NCBI RefSeq assembly: GCF_018350175.1
Contig: NC_058368.1
Coordinates: forward strand, 7,998,001 to 8,062,000
Reading direction: 5' to 3'
Source: Felis catus
Lineage: Eukaryota
Length of the DNA: 64,000 nucleotides
Shown here: positions 62,487-64,000 of the stretch, one piece after another
How positions within the stretch are numbered: position 1 is the first letter of the stretch
Layout: the number at the start of each line of letters is the position of its first letter
The notes under the pieces: model-generated
Database searches by the model: none
Seen by the model: the letters and a program-made list of their open reading frames with translations, nothing else
Told to the model about the DNA's origin: nothing
Translations under genes and position numbers: made by a program

Positions 62487-64000
62487 AAAAGTGCGCTTGT
62501 TGGACGGTTGTGAAGAAGTTCACCAGATGTAGCGCCTGCGCCTGGGAGGGGCTTAGTCCACGCATCGTCCCCCTCGCCCTCCCCCAGGGCATGTGACATC
62601 TGCCTTTGGGGTCAAACACACATCAGGGTCCTTCCCCGTGCTCCAGTCTCATTAGGAAAAAACTCCCAAGTCTTTGAGGTTTCCGGGATCTAAAAGGTGC
62701 ACAGAGAAGTAGACATTTAATTCCTGGAAGCAGTCTGGCAGAGGGCAGCCCCCGGCTTTTTCAGAGGACCTGCTAGAATCACAATGCTGGTGTGGCTCAC
62801 CAGTCCTTCCCCGTAATCTGAATTACGGAAAGTCGCAAACAGGAAAGCAGTTTGGAAACTCACCCCAAGTCGTGTTCTTAGCAAACAAACAAAAATCATG
62901 TCCTTACTGGCTTTCGGGATCCTTTCTTGACTTGCGTGTTTTGGAGGGGCCTTGCATCCCCAAGATAAGAAAACCCACGCGATTAAAATCCCGTCTCAAC
63001 GGAGACTTGACTGGAGCCTGCCACATGCAGGAGTGGAATCTCCCGAGGCCGCTTCAGGCTCGAGTAGCGGTGGCGTCTCACATTCTTTGGAGATGGCAAA
63101 CCTCCAAGGAGAGATAGTTTTGACAGAAGGGAAAGACCAGCACATTCTCATCCACGCTCTTTCCCTTCTCCCCTTTTCATTTAGGCTGTAAGGCATGGGG
63201 GCGGGGGGAGGGGGCTGGGGAGTCAGCCACATCAGACCAGAATACTCCCAGCTTTCCTTACCACTTCTGTGCGCTTCAGAATTTAATTTATGGAAGCCTC
63301 GGGCCCCTCGTATTTAAGAGGACTGTGCCTGCCTCTCAGGACGGAGTCAAATCACAGATACGTATCCAAGCGCCCGACAATCCACAGGGGTTAGGTTCCT
63401 CCTCTCTCCCTTCCTCAAGGGGTGCAGCCTCACCCCATCCTCCAGAAGGTGTTCCACCAGAGACCCCGTGATACAAGTCAGAGAAGTTCAGAGCCGCCCC
63501 CCGCTCCGAATCTGAGGGTCGGCTGTGCTTTCTCGCTGGTATCACGGTATTCGTGAGAGGCCAGCAGCCCCAACACTGTGTGTCACCTTAACCGTGACCT
63601 GTTCCCTAATCGTACGATTGAGGACTCAGAAGCTCTTAGAAAAGCTGTCTCAACCTGGGAGACCATTCAGACGGTCAAGGCATCCTCCACTAGTATTTTC
63701 TTGGCCAAACGCCAGCCTCGACGTCTAGACGGAAGAGAAAAAGCTAACCGAGCTAACAGCAGCGTGGCAGGTTGACAACCGTGGCCGCAGTATTGTGCAG
63801 CTGCTCCCTCTGAGACAGGCGCCCGTCTCCTCGCCCCTCGACTCTGGGTCAGGGCCTGCTCTTGACCAACCCAATGTGGCAGAGTGGTGTCGCAGGAGTT
63901 GCAAAGTCCAGGCCTCAAAGGGCCTCGAGGCTTCCACGGACACCCTCTTGCACCCCCCTCCCCCCATGTAAAGAAGTCTGGGCTCTACTACCGAATGGCA

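Larger units (their letters stand above)
1..64000 (-). other. FLT1: FLT1/VEGFR1 gene body (part of intron 1 through part of intron 10)
   Basis: Nine minus-strand exons splice into one open frame matching the VEGFR1 extracellular Ig domains in the expected order; no exon 1 or exon 11 found in the window. Confidence 0.97.

Noticed and set aside
3008..62619. Recurrent ORFs such as MAQSVKRPTSAQV..., GAPGWRSRLSVRLQPG... and RERGRHRIRNRLQA...
   Set aside because: All are frames through Can-SINE copies, not a repeated protein family
45257..64000. FLT1 exon 1 and promoter
   Set aside because: No signal-peptide exon or large CpG island seen; it must lie beyond the right edge of the window

Overview
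Mammalian genomic DNA, not prokaryotic. It is very probably from a felid, judged by the dense tRNA-derived Can-SINEs of feline type. The whole window lies inside FLT1 (VEGFR1), transcribed on the minus strand. Nine internal coding exons (2-10 by human numbering, 1372 nt in total) were located with canonical AG/GT boundaries and consistent phases. They encode the end of the signal peptide, Ig domains 1-4 and the start of Ig5. Exon 1 and exon 11 onward lie outside the window. The remainder is intronic: about 38 Can-SINEs (about 30 antisense to FLT1), a fragmented ~4.7 kb old L1 carrying nested insertions, MaLR/ERV-type LTRs, MER44- and MER3-type DNA transposons, CR1/L3, L2 and MIR relics, and purine microsatellites. 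Almost all ORFs in the supplied track are spurious. I found no convincing previously undescribed biological system. The best unexpected observations are a ~28-nt tailless U6 snRNA retrocopy with a target-site duplication in intron 1, multi-layer transposon nests, strong SINE orientation bias, and an antisense SINE filling most of short intron 5. Repeat family names come from recall of consensus sequences and were not checked by a database search.
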